A stretch of 9,774 bases of DNA. Origin: Octopus sinensis (taxonomy: Eukaryota). Below are positions 1 through 7,880 of the stretch, one piece after another. The first letter of the stretch is position 1; each line of letters opens with the position of its first letter. The stretch is from contig NW_021827759.1 of the NCBI RefSeq assembly GCF_006345805.1, positions 1 through 9,774 on the forward strand. The letters are read 5' to 3'. Both the position numbers and the translations under genes were made by a program. The notes under the pieces were generated by a model. The model was not told where the DNA came from. It searched no databases and saw only the letters and a program-made list of their open reading frames with translations.

Positions 1-203
1 AAAATGGAACAAGAACGAAAACATTCAAATAGACGACACAAAAAACGGACGGGTCATTCGAAGCCTCTAATCTTCAGTCAAGAACCGGATCATCCTCGCA
101 ATTTTGGATGATTAATCTTATATACATATATACATATACGACCGGATTTTCTCATCACCAAGGGCTTTAGAAGAAGACACAAAAGCAAGGAGACACAAAA
201 GAC
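1..203. repeat. Unclassified dispersed repeat fragment, possibly Penelope-like terminal repeat
   Basis: Two segments are split by a TA/TACA tract (120-138). Internal duplications: ACCGGAT (84-90, 141-147) and AGACACAAAAG (175-185, 191-201). The minus strand has degenerate CTGAAGA..CGAA and GTGATGA..CG motifs. The family assignment rests on recalled similarity only. Confidence 0.25.
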
Positions 204-204
204 T

Positions 205-250
205 AAACGCATAACTGTGTGGCTGAGAGCAAACTTCTTACCACAACTAC
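205..250 (-). mobile_element. tRNA-derived SINE head fragment, same family as 1884-2024
   Basis: The reverse complement of 229-244 is GTGGTAAGAAGTTTGC, identical to 1891-1906, with partial flanking similarity. Confidence 0.6.
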
Positions 251-289
251 TATATATATAATATATTTCGGAGGTGTACAGGCAAGTGA

Positions 290-800
290 TTTAGATTGAA
301 TTGCTCAGTCGTACAGGAGCCTTCTAGTCACAATTTCTGCTCAATCCCAGCTGCCAAAAACTGTGATCCTATGTGGTTGACGTCTAATGTTTTGACTCGA
401 AGATTTCAGTACTTTCACATTTGATACCGTTTCTCTAACACCCGTCAGACTCTTTTGTTTTTTAGAGAATTACGATACATTGTCCACTTTGTAAAAGAGG
501 ATATCCACGCAAATAAGCCTTATAGTGGTGCTGGGTTATAGGTTTGTTAGTATCATTTTGCTGAGAAGGACGTAAATATATTTAGTGACAGAAGTGACCA
601 AAGGTGACTGATATCTCCTCTAGTGGGTTGGTGAAATATGTACAGTTTCTCACGGAAGCCGAGCTGGTAATTACAAACTTCAGACGAGTGAGGAAAGGCC
701 TTATCGCGGATGCGCTACGTAATGCTTGATACTGTCTTGCAGCTGCCAGAGACTGTCGGAAATTTAGCCTGTCGAAAACCTTAAGGCTGATCATCACAGC
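290..800 (+). mobile_element. Decayed LTR-retrotransposon (Ty3/Gypsy-like) pol fragment: RT palm to thumb/connection
   Basis: Colinear degenerate motifs with frameshifts and stops: CSIPAA (cf. xNAPAT), TACTTTCACATTTGATA at 410-426 (YFDDLI with one substitution and one deletion), VVLGY near 525-539, GLVKYVQFL from 625 (cf. GLxNYYxxFI). It is clearly homologous to the minus-strand copy at 830-1250. Boundaries are approximate. Confidence 0.5.
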
Positions 801-829
801 TTGTTTTCCTCTCAGAGTATCCTAGTTTA

Positions 830-1250
830 CATTCAGGATTGCGTAGGAACTAGACCTACTCGTTTTGTTCCATCAAGATACTCTGCGACTATCGAAACGT
901 CTTCCCTAATATCACGGGAAGCATCATTGACAGTACCCCTCCCTACCAATCTAGAGTTTGTAATTGTCAACTCGGCCTCTGTTAGAATCACTACATAGTC
1001 CATCAGTCCGCAGTATCCATTAATGAGGATTGCCACATGAGGTACATCCTGTTAATGAACGTCAAGAATTTTGCTACTGATAACCCAGATATACTACCCT
1101 AGCACTAACTGGCCTCTACTCAATGGCAGATTATACAATTCCTGCAGCCCGTAGAAGACTAGAGCTTACTCAGGTCGGTTAAGAGCGAAACTAAAAATGA
1201 TGTGTCTATTAAAAATCTACAACTGTATCTCCACCTAGCATTTGCATTTC
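830..1250 (-). mobile_element. Decayed LTR-retrotransposon (Ty3/Gypsy-like) pol fragment, second diverged copy
   Basis: Minus strand: ID(D)IIF at 1209-1194 (one-base deletion), LRAAGI at 1154-1137, then VVYLGY at Gypsy-like spacing (1091-1080), GLMDYV from 1009, and YLDGTKRVGL (cf. YxDxTKxxxL before RNase H DAS). Overlaps supplied ORF 833-1036. Confidence 0.55.
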
Positions 1251-1277
1251 ACTAACGCGCTATAGTAATTCTATTCG

Positions 1278-1422
1278 TATCTATCTAACTATTTTTCTAT
1301 CTGCCTGTCTGTCCAAGAATCTACACACAAACACACGTGCACACACATACACGTACGTACACACGCACGCACGCACACACACAACACATACATACAAACA
1401 CAACTACACACATATCAATGTG

Positions 1423-1453
<31 letters not shown>

Positions 1454-1462
1454 ATACGTATA
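1278..1462. repeat. Compound microsatellite (TATC/CTGT, CA/CACG, TG, TA)
   Basis: Directly visible. Confidence 0.95.
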
Positions 1463-1463
1463 T

Positions 1464-1807
1464 GAGTAAAGACCTCCATCGGTCATGGATGATTATGGGA
1501 TTGCTCCTGGAAAGTTCCCTTCCGAGGCACAAGTCCGGGCAAGGTTGTTTATGGAAGACCAACAATTATCCATCATGCACACCAACCTCCCCTCTCCACG
1601 CCACTGATGCTATCCAAGGGAATAGGAAAGGCCGATACAGCTTGGCACCAGTGACGTCGCAACTCTTTTCTGCAGCTGAGTGAACTGGAACAACGTGAAA
1701 TAAAGTGTCTTGCTCAAGAACACAACGCACAGCCCTGGCCTGGAATCAAACTCACTACCTTATGTTTGTGAGCTCGACACTTTAATCACTGAGCCATGCG
1801 CCTTCAC
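1464..1807 (-). mobile_element. tRNA-derived CORE-type SINE, near full length
   Basis: The minus strand starts GAAGGCGCATGGCTCAGTGATT (A-box-like) and has GAGTTTGATTCC (B-box-like). A CORE-like TGTGTTCTTGAGCAAGACACTTT follows (1724-1702), then about 230 bp of tail ending in a TA tract. Confidence 0.85.
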
Positions 1808-1850
1808 ACACACACACAACCACACACGTATATATATAAACGTATATACA
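1808..1850. repeat. (CA)n/(TA)n microsatellite between back-to-back SINE heads
   Basis: Directly visible. Confidence 0.9.
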
Positions 1851-1883
1851 TTTATATCTTCTTAAAAGTATTTATAAAGTAAA

Positions 1884-2024
1884 CGGCTGAGTGGTAAGAA
1901 GTTTGCGTCCCACCAATATGATTCCGTTTTCAACCCCGCTGTATGGAAGCTTAGATTACTATAGCCTCGGGCCGACTAAAGCCTTGCGGTTGGATTTCGT
2001 AGATGAAGACCGAAAGAAGCCCGT
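1884..2024 (+). mobile_element. tRNA-derived SINE 5' module (head plus degenerate CORE region)
   Basis: A-box-like GGCTGAGTGGT and degenerate B-box CGTTTTCAACCCC, then ACTATAGCCTCGGGCCGACTAAAGCC...GAAAGAAGCCCGT, which I recall as an abundant octopus SINE body. The head matches 205-250. Confidence 0.7.
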
Positions 2025-2138
2025 ACAAGATAAGAAAATGGATAACTTTGTTATGTATTAACTTTGTTGGGTACTTCACTAGCAGTATATTGGATATATG
2101 TTATCCCTTGGAGGGTTGCATTTACAACCCCTATCTCA

Positions 2139-2143
<5 letters not shown>

Positions 2144-2171
<28 letters not shown>

Positions 2172-2236
2172 TATATATATTATAATATTTATATATATAT
2201 ATATATATATTGTATGTGTGTGTGTGTGTGTGTGTA
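2144..2236. repeat. (TA)n(TG)n microsatellite
   Basis: Directly visible. Confidence 0.95.
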
Positions 2237-2457
2237 TGAGTATGTCAGTGACTGTTGTTGTCCCTCCACCATCGCTTAATAGCCGGTGTGGTTGGTTTAT
2301 GTTTCCTGTGACTTAGCAGTTCGGGGCAAGGTCACGATAGAATACAAACCAACACTTTGAAAATAAGTACCAAGGTCGATTCGTTCGATTAAAATCCTAT
2401 TCGATCCAGAATAGCCACTGTCTAATGAATGAAACGAATGAAACATAAGATAAAAGA
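2237..2457 (+). mobile_element. SINE 3' module, probably the tail belonging to 1884-2024
   Basis: GTTGTCCCTCCACCATCGCTT...ACTTAGCAGTTCGG...ATAAGTACCAAGGTCGAT...GAAAC..GATAAAAGAT. The ATAAGTACC..GTCGAT block recurs at 6551 and near 6734. Linkage to the head is from recall of a bipartite SINE with an internal TA/TG tract. Confidence 0.65.
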
Positions 2458-2465
2458 TCACCCAA

Positions 2466-2482
2466 ATATATATACATAATAC

Positions 2483-2548
<66 letters not shown>

Positions 2549-2549
2549 T
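2466..2549. repeat. (TACA)n(TA)n microsatellite
   Basis: Directly visible. Confidence 0.95.
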
Positions 2550-2612
2550 TCTCTCTAGTTTCGCTCAGAGCTGCGGCCATACTGATGCTGATGCACCCCC
2601 GTTTATATATAT
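2550..2612 (-). mobile_element. SINE 3'-terminal fragment
   Basis: The minus strand reads GGTGCATCAGCATCAGTATGGCCGCAGCTCTGAGCGAAACTAGAGAGAA, resembling the end of the 2237-2457 tail (CCAGAATAGCCACTGTC...GAAAC). Confidence 0.45.
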
Positions 2613-2753
2613 ACCACACACACACACACACATTATGTGTATGTATGTATGTATGTATGTATGTATGTATGTATGTATGTATGTATGTATGCGTACATGC
2701 ATGCATGTATCTATATATCTGTATATTTATCTACCTATCTATCTATCTATATA
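2613..2753. repeat. Compound (TA)(CA)(TATG)n(TATC) microsatellite
   Basis: Directly visible. Confidence 0.95.
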
Positions 2754-3119
2754 TAATCAAACACAACCTAGACTATCAATATTTTCTCCATATGTTTTAG
2801 CCTGTAAGTTATTGACTCGAGGCAGTATTAGTGAGTGGAACCCTTTGGGAAGATCAGTGAAGTTTGATAACTCAGTGATTTGAAAAACATGATTGCTTAG
2901 ATTTTCCTACATTTCTGCGTTTTTAAGAAACCTAATCAGCAGAAAAAGTTATGTTCAGGTTAATCAAAGCGGCAACTGCAGCATGCGTGGCAGTGTTCAC
3001 TGCAACTCTAATAGCAACATGCAACTAGTAAATAGTTGCAAGCATCTAATGAAGAAATTATACAAAGAAAGCAACACATGATCCTTTAATGTGTTGGCAA
3101 AGTGAAAGCATTTATTCCT

Positions 3120-3201
3120 TATATATGCACAACCGTATACGCAGAAGTGTGTGTGTATATACATATATATGCATATTTGCATACACACACACATACACAC
3201 G

Positions 3202-3253
<52 letters not shown>

Positions 3254-3302
3254 TATATATATGTATGTTTGTATGTATGTATCTATATATACTGTATATA
3301 TA
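3120..3302. repeat. Compound TA/TG/(CA)n/TATG microsatellite
   Basis: Directly visible. Confidence 0.95.
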
Positions 3303-3481
3303 ACCTATTTTGAATACATCACTGTGTAAAACCGGTAAATGTTTGGAGAAATCCCTTATTAATTGCCAATATATATAAATTTAAATTTAAAATGAGGGTG
3401 AGAAATCAGATATTAATTTAATTAACATCAATTTAACACCAGTGGTCTAGCATATTAAAATCTGAAGTTACAGTAAATTGT

Positions 3482-3519
3482 ATTATATACATATGAGAGG
3501 GATGACCACCATGTGTGTA

Positions 3520-3562
<43 letters not shown>

Positions 3563-3609
3563 AAATATATATATATATATATTATATATATATAATTACA
3601 TACACATGT

Positions 3610-3640
<31 letters not shown>

Positions 3641-3650
3641 TTATATATAT
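3482..3650. repeat. Compound (TA)n(CA)n microsatellite
   Basis: Directly visible. Confidence 0.95.
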
Positions 3651-3653
3651 GTA

Positions 3654-4021
3654 GAGGCGCAATGGCCCAGTGGTTAGGGCAGCGGACTCGCGGTTTCAAT
3701 TCCCAGACCGGGCGTTGTGAGTGTTTATTGAGCGAAAACACCTAAAAGCTCCACGAGGCTCCGGCAGGGGATGGTGGTGATCCCTGCTGTACTCTTTCAC
3801 CACGACTTTCTCTCACTCTTACTTCCTGTTTCTGTTGTACCTGTATTTCAAGGGGCCGGCCTTGTCACTCTCTGTGTCACGCTGAATATCCCCGAGAACT
3901 ACGTTAAGGGTGCACGTGTCTGTGGAGTGCTCAGCCACTTACACGTTAATTTCACGAGCAGGCTGTTCCGTTGATTCGGATCAACCGGAACCCTCATCGT
4001 CGTAACCGACGGAGTGCTTCC
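3654..4021 (+). mobile_element. tRNA-derived SINE, head/body family A, copy 1 (tail type 1)
   Basis: A-box TGGCCCAGTGG (3663-3673) and B-box-like GGTTTCAATTCCC (3692-3704). The body GTGTTTATTGAGCGAAAACACCTAAAAGCTCCACGAGGCTCCGGCAG is shared with the copies at 4922 and 7973. Confidence 0.9.
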
Positions 4022-4049
4022 ATATATATATAATCATCCTCCGAGCCTA

Positions 4050-4880
4050 GTTGGATTCGTAAAATTTTCATTCCTTCGTAGCAGAATGTGTGTTCAAGTT
4101 TCTAAAATTTACCCGTTTTTATTTAACAAAATGCACAAAAACATGGCGTAATTTTTCGACAAATAGTCAAGGGACCATAACCAAGGATTGGAAGAGCTGA
4201 TTTGACGCCGACTTCTCACCTTTTACAACAAAGAATCACCATATCCACCACCAATGCCGAAACCGCAACATCAAGAACAGAAAAGTCCACTAATAAATTG
4301 AAAGGAACAAGAAAAACGAGACCGTGGAACAGAAAAACAGAAAATCCATTTGTGCTTTCAATACACTCGCATGTTACACTTTCACCATTGCCCACACCAT
4401 TGACGCTAGCACAAAAATAAAATCATGACAACTTGAAAATTTAGCGTTGGTGAGTACATCTTCGCAGCTAAAAAGAGAGAGAAATGATTTTGCCTTTAAA
4501 TGATTTGAAAATGCAAAAAATATCTCCTGATGTCTGGATAGAATGTATTCCATGTCCTGGAATCCGTCCAGCAATAACCGAACCTCAAAAAAGACCTTTG
4601 ACCGATCTAGAGCACCAAAACATACATTTGCCAGAGGAGCAGAAGAGGACAAAATTAATATTCTTCAGGCTCAGATGCTGCAGAAATAAAATTAGTCAGG
4701 TGAAGAGATGGAGCTGTCGATCTAAACGGATCACTATCATGAAATCCATCCCGTGCCTGATGAATCTGTCGGACGGCACAAAATTATTCGGGGCCGTTGA
4801 GGACAAAAGTTCGAGGCGTCACTTGTGAAATGAGACAAACCACATCAAAGTCTTCTTTCCATTGGAAACAAAGTAAGATG
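4050..4880 (+). mobile_element. Decayed retroelement coding fragment, probably Penelope-like (RT thumb to GIY-YIG region)
   Basis: Colinear but frameshifted motifs: KHGVIFRQ, LLTFYNKESPYP (cf. FxxRGYP), NPFVLSIH (cf. PLVLTYHP), ECIPCPGI, LIFFRLRCC, SGE, SVGRH, RRHL*NETNHIKVFFPLET (cf. RxxxExxWIxxLxT). No intact catalytic motif is visible. Confidence 0.45.
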
Positions 4881-4921
4881 AAAGATCACCACTTCTTCCG
4901 GCGCTATCACGACAACAGCAA

Positions 4922-5270
4922 GTTTGGGCAGCGGACTCGCGGTCGGAGGATCGCGATTTCGATTCCCAGACTGGGCGTTGTGTGTGTTTATTGAGCGAAA
5001 ACACCTAAAGCACCACGAGTCTCCGGCAGGGGGTAGTGGCGGCCCCTGTTGTACTCTTTCGCTCCAACTTTCTTTCACTCTTTCTTCCTGTTTCTTGTCC
5101 CCGACTTCCTACGCAACCGCTGAGCCTGGATGCGCATTAATCCATCCGTTGATGCTCTCGGTTTCGGGAGTTGACCTGCTTTCTCTTCTGCAGGTCTTAC
5201 GAATAGCAAAGGACCACGTTTCGGACTTCTCCCATCTTGCGAGCTCTGGGACGAAGACCGTTCGCTCAAC
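4922..5270 (+). mobile_element. tRNA-derived SINE, family A, copy 2 (5'-truncated, tail type 2)
   Basis: It aligns closely with copy 1 from GGGCAGCGGACTCGCGGT to CTTCCTGTTTCT (5095) and lacks the A-box. Inclusion of 5096-5270 as its tail is inferred. Confidence 0.8.
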
Positions 5271-5565
5271 AGCAACTGTAACCACAACACCAACAACTTC
5301 AATAAGAACAGCGGTAACACCAAGAGTGGCAAGCGGTCAAAACCTCTTCAATGATAGCAACTATAAAACCAGCAACCACGAAAACAGCAGTAACAACTCT
5401 AGCAGCAACAGTGACTGCAGCACCAACAGCAACAAGTGCAGCAGTAGCAGTAGTGCAAATAAAAGCAACTGAAACAACAGAAAATATACCATCAGCAAGG
5501 GCCACAACTCTACACACAACAGCAACAGTAACAGCAGAAACTCCCCAAACAACTACTACTATATC
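5271..5565. repeat. Degenerate (AAC/AGC/AGT)n trinucleotide low-complexity tract
   Basis: Directly visible; source of the Thr/Ser/Asn-rich and Leu-rich ORFs. Confidence 0.85.
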
Positions 5566-5566
5566 G

Positions 5567-6130
5567 ACAAAAGTGGGAATGCCATGCCTGATGATAAGTA
5601 GACATTCGTTTAGGCTGTGATATCTCCAGTGTTTCTTCGATGGTGAGCAGGTTTGGTTACTGTGTTAAACTCATATTCCTGCAGCTTTTTTTCAGATTTA
5701 GATGCAGTCCAGGATCAAACGTACACCGAGGTAGGACGCCTGACATCTAGAATGTGGTCAGACGCTCACAGCCCTTAGCCATAGGGCGATGCTATAGGTA
5801 GAAATTTCACCTTGGTGTTCGATAGCTTTAGTGGCGGTCAAAGGAGGTGACGTCTTCCGAGAATCTGAAGCCTTCATCAACTCCTTCAAGTTTCTTTCGA
5901 AAAAAAAGAAGAAAAAAAGATGAGTGTGGAGAGGAAAGTGCTATCTTCTAGCAAATTTGTTGAAAGCTACGTGAATGTGGGGAGGATGGTCCGAGTGAAT
6001 AAGCCTACTCTAAGAATGCACCTGTAGATTGGGTAAGGAAGGTAAGGAGAGGGCACTTGTTCTAATGGTCAGAGAGACTGTAGTTTTGTAGGTTTTCTAC
6101 GAGCAGCCATCGAAAGTCTCTCCCGTTTTG
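5567..6130 (+). mobile_element. Decayed Tx1/L1-clade LINE ORF2 fragment, post-RT region
   Basis: KVGMPCLMISRHSFRL*YLQCFFDGEQVW (cf. GGLGMP..L motif after FLW in L1/Tx1 ORF2), then QSRIKRTPR*DA*HLECGQTLTAL. It aligns with the minus-strand segment 8484-8410. Multiple stops; the 3' boundary is approximate. Confidence 0.65.
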
Positions 6131-6218
6131 GAAAATATTATTTTTTTGTTTTTGATAATTCATTTTATAGCCTTCTGGCGTCTTATACCGTCATTTTTCT
6201 TTGTATAAACCTAAAATT

Positions 6219-6419
6219 TTCTTCTTCTTCTTCTTCTTCTTCTTCTTCTTCTTCTTCTTCTTCTTCTTCTTCTTCTTCTTCTTCTTCTTCTTCTTCTTCT
6301 TCTTCTTCTTGTCTTCTTCTTCTTCTCTTCTTCTTCTTCTTCTTCTTCTTCTTCTTCTTCTTCTTCTTCTTCTTTCTTTCTCTTCTTCTCTTCTTCTTCT
6401 TCTTCTTCTGCTTCTTCTT
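6219..6419. repeat. (CTT)n microsatellite, about 200 bp
   Basis: Directly visible; source of the poly-E/K and poly-F/L ORFs. Confidence 0.98.
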
Positions 6420-6422
6420 ACT

Positions 6423-6653
6423 AAGGCGGCGAGCTGGCAGAAACGTTAACACGCTGGACGAAATGCTTAGCGGTATTTCGCCTGCTGCTACGTTCTGAGT
6501 TCAATTTCGCCGAGGTCGACTTTGCCTTTCATCCTTTCCGGTTTTATTAAATAAGTACCAGTTACGCACTGGAGTCGATATAATCGACTTAATCCGTTTG
6601 TCTGTCCTTGTTTGTCCTCTCTGTGTGTTAGCCCTTGTGGGTAGTAAAAAATA
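6423..6653 (+). mobile_element. SINE with Nin/Deu-like central domain, unit 1 of a dimer
   Basis: Head AAGGCGGCGAGCTGGCAGAAACGTTA, hairpin CGAAATGC-TTAGCG-GTATTTCG (6459-6480), B-box-like GAGTTCAATTTC, and GCCTTTCATCCTTTCCGG...ATAAGTACCAG resembling the Deu/Nin core as I recall it. Confidence 0.8.
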
Positions 6654-6817
6654 GTATTTCGTCTGTCTTTACGTTCTGAGTTCAAATTCCGCCGAGGTCG
6701 ACTTTACCGTTCATCCTTTCGGGGTCGATAAATTAAGTACCAGTGAAACACTGAGTCGATGTAACCGACTAATCTCCTCCTCACAAATTTTAGGCCTTGT
6801 GCCTTTAGTATAAAGGA
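6654..6817 (+). mobile_element. Headless second unit of the same SINE, with a different tail
   Basis: 6654-6772 is a direct repeat of 6473-6592 (GTATTTCG...ACGTTCTGAGTTCAA...GCCGAGGTCGACTTT...TCATCCTTTC...AAGTACCAGT...GAGTCGAT). It ends in (TTA)n. Confidence 0.85.
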
Positions 6818-6849
6818 TTATTATTATTGTTATTATATTATTATTATTA

Positions 6850-6881
<32 letters not shown>
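6818..6881. repeat. (TTA)n tract, probable SINE tail
   Basis: Directly visible, abutting the SINE 3' end. Confidence 0.9.
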
Positions 6882-6883
<2 letters not shown>

Positions 6884-7230
6884 GTTGCTGTAATAGTAGC
6901 AGCGACAGTGGAGAATTTATTCAATTGAACTTATGAAGGAATAAAATAAAAAGCTAAAAAAAAAAGAACAAAACAAACCAAAGTAATATTTATTAGAGCT
7001 TGTGGTGATGAGAACTTAATATTTAAGAAGTCGATGTAGTACATTAAAAGACAGCAGTACAACTTTATTTATCGTCAATGTACAAGGCGAACGTATTCTA
7101 ATTACTTCGAGACGACAATGCAGCTGCCCAACTTTGCATCTCAAGTCACATTATACCAACATTCATTAATATTTATCCACAACGAACAAAGATTAATAGC
7201 AGTGAAGATGTGCTAGAAATGTAAACGACT

Positions 7231-7281
7231 ATACACACACACACACACACACACATACCATATACATATATATATATATAA
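7231..7281. repeat. (CA)n(TA)n microsatellite
   Basis: Directly visible. Confidence 0.95.
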
Positions 7282-7781
7282 ATGACATTACAGTATATTA
7301 TATTTACAACATTTAAAAACCACCTGTTAGTTGTTCGTTTAGTGGCAATGTCGCTAATAAATGATTTGTGCAATCTCATTTAAGAATCCTAAATTTGAAT
7401 TTGCAGTGATTTATTTCGATAACATGAATCACAAATATCTTACTCAGCTATTTCTCGTATCAAGATTTTAAAATATATTTCTGAGTTTCTATTCCACAGA
7501 GCTTAGTATTTGTGCCCTTCCTCTTTACTCTTTTAAGTAAGAAACTGCTGCTGAGACTTCTAAACAAGTAATTTATTCTGGTTAAGGGCAGATGGTGATA
7601 GCAAAACAACAACGGTTTCAGTATTCTATTTGTAAAGTGGCCAATTACTCTAGATGTAATTAACTTTGAAAGACACAGTAGTGGACTAGGGCTGCACAAA
7701 TTCTCATAATTAATAATACATACATATATGAATTTTTTGCGTAATAGATAAAAAACCAAGGCTGTATAGATATTAGAGCAT

Positions 7782-7819
7782 TTATATATATATATATATA
7801 TAATATTATATATATATAT

Positions 7820-7852
<33 letters not shown>

Positions 7853-7880
7853 CATAGACATATTTGTGTGTGTGTATGAT
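7782..7880. repeat. (TA)n(TG)n microsatellite
   Basis: Directly visible. Confidence 0.95.

Noticed and set aside
55-160. Hammerhead ribozyme-like cores on the minus strand (CTGAAGA at 77-71 with CGAA at 60-57; GTGATGA at 158-152)
   Set aside because: The first has GAAT instead of GAAA and no stem II pairing. The second lacks C3 and the GAAA. I could not build stems I and III. At most these are decayed relics; an Infernal search would settle it.
300-1090. Reading this region as a minus-strand Tx1/LINE RT core (KVFDR in ORF 582-797, GHFCH as GCPLSP)
   Set aside because: The inverted homology shows the left arm codes on the plus strand. CTG/TTG Leu changes are silent only in that frame, and the antisense frame has a stop in the partner arm. 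The LINE-like words are coincidental.
3654-3710. SINE heads (also 1745-1807, 4922-4970, 7976-8045) as tRNA genes
   Set aside because: They have A and B boxes but no proper acceptor stem pairing and continue into shared SINE bodies.
1420-3741. Supplied ORFs rich in YI, CV, HT and MYV repeats
   Set aside because: They are translations of TA, CA/TG and TATG microsatellites and adjacent SINEs, with no coding signal.
4484-4828. 114-aa ORF as an intact gene
   Set aside because: It lies within a frameshifted retroelement-like relic; motifs switch frames and no complete domain is present.
4924-5620. Long ORFs (182, 89, 85 aa) as mucin-like or membrane proteins
   Set aside because: They are composed of SINE sequence plus a trinucleotide tract, and end in a LINE fragment.
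6183-6452. Poly-K/E and poly-F/L ORFs
   Set aside because: They are translations of the (CTT)n tract.
6473-6772. Direct repeats as a CRISPR-like or LTR structure
   Set aside because: There are only two units of about 120 bp with SINE features, no repeat-spacer periodicity, and no TG..CA ends or internal domain.
7500-7536. Possible 37-nt exon (TTCTATTCCACAG acceptor, GTAAGA donor)
   Set aside because: The splice-like sites are plausible but common by chance in AT-rich DNA. There is no recognisable peptide or partner exon, so it needs RNA-seq support.
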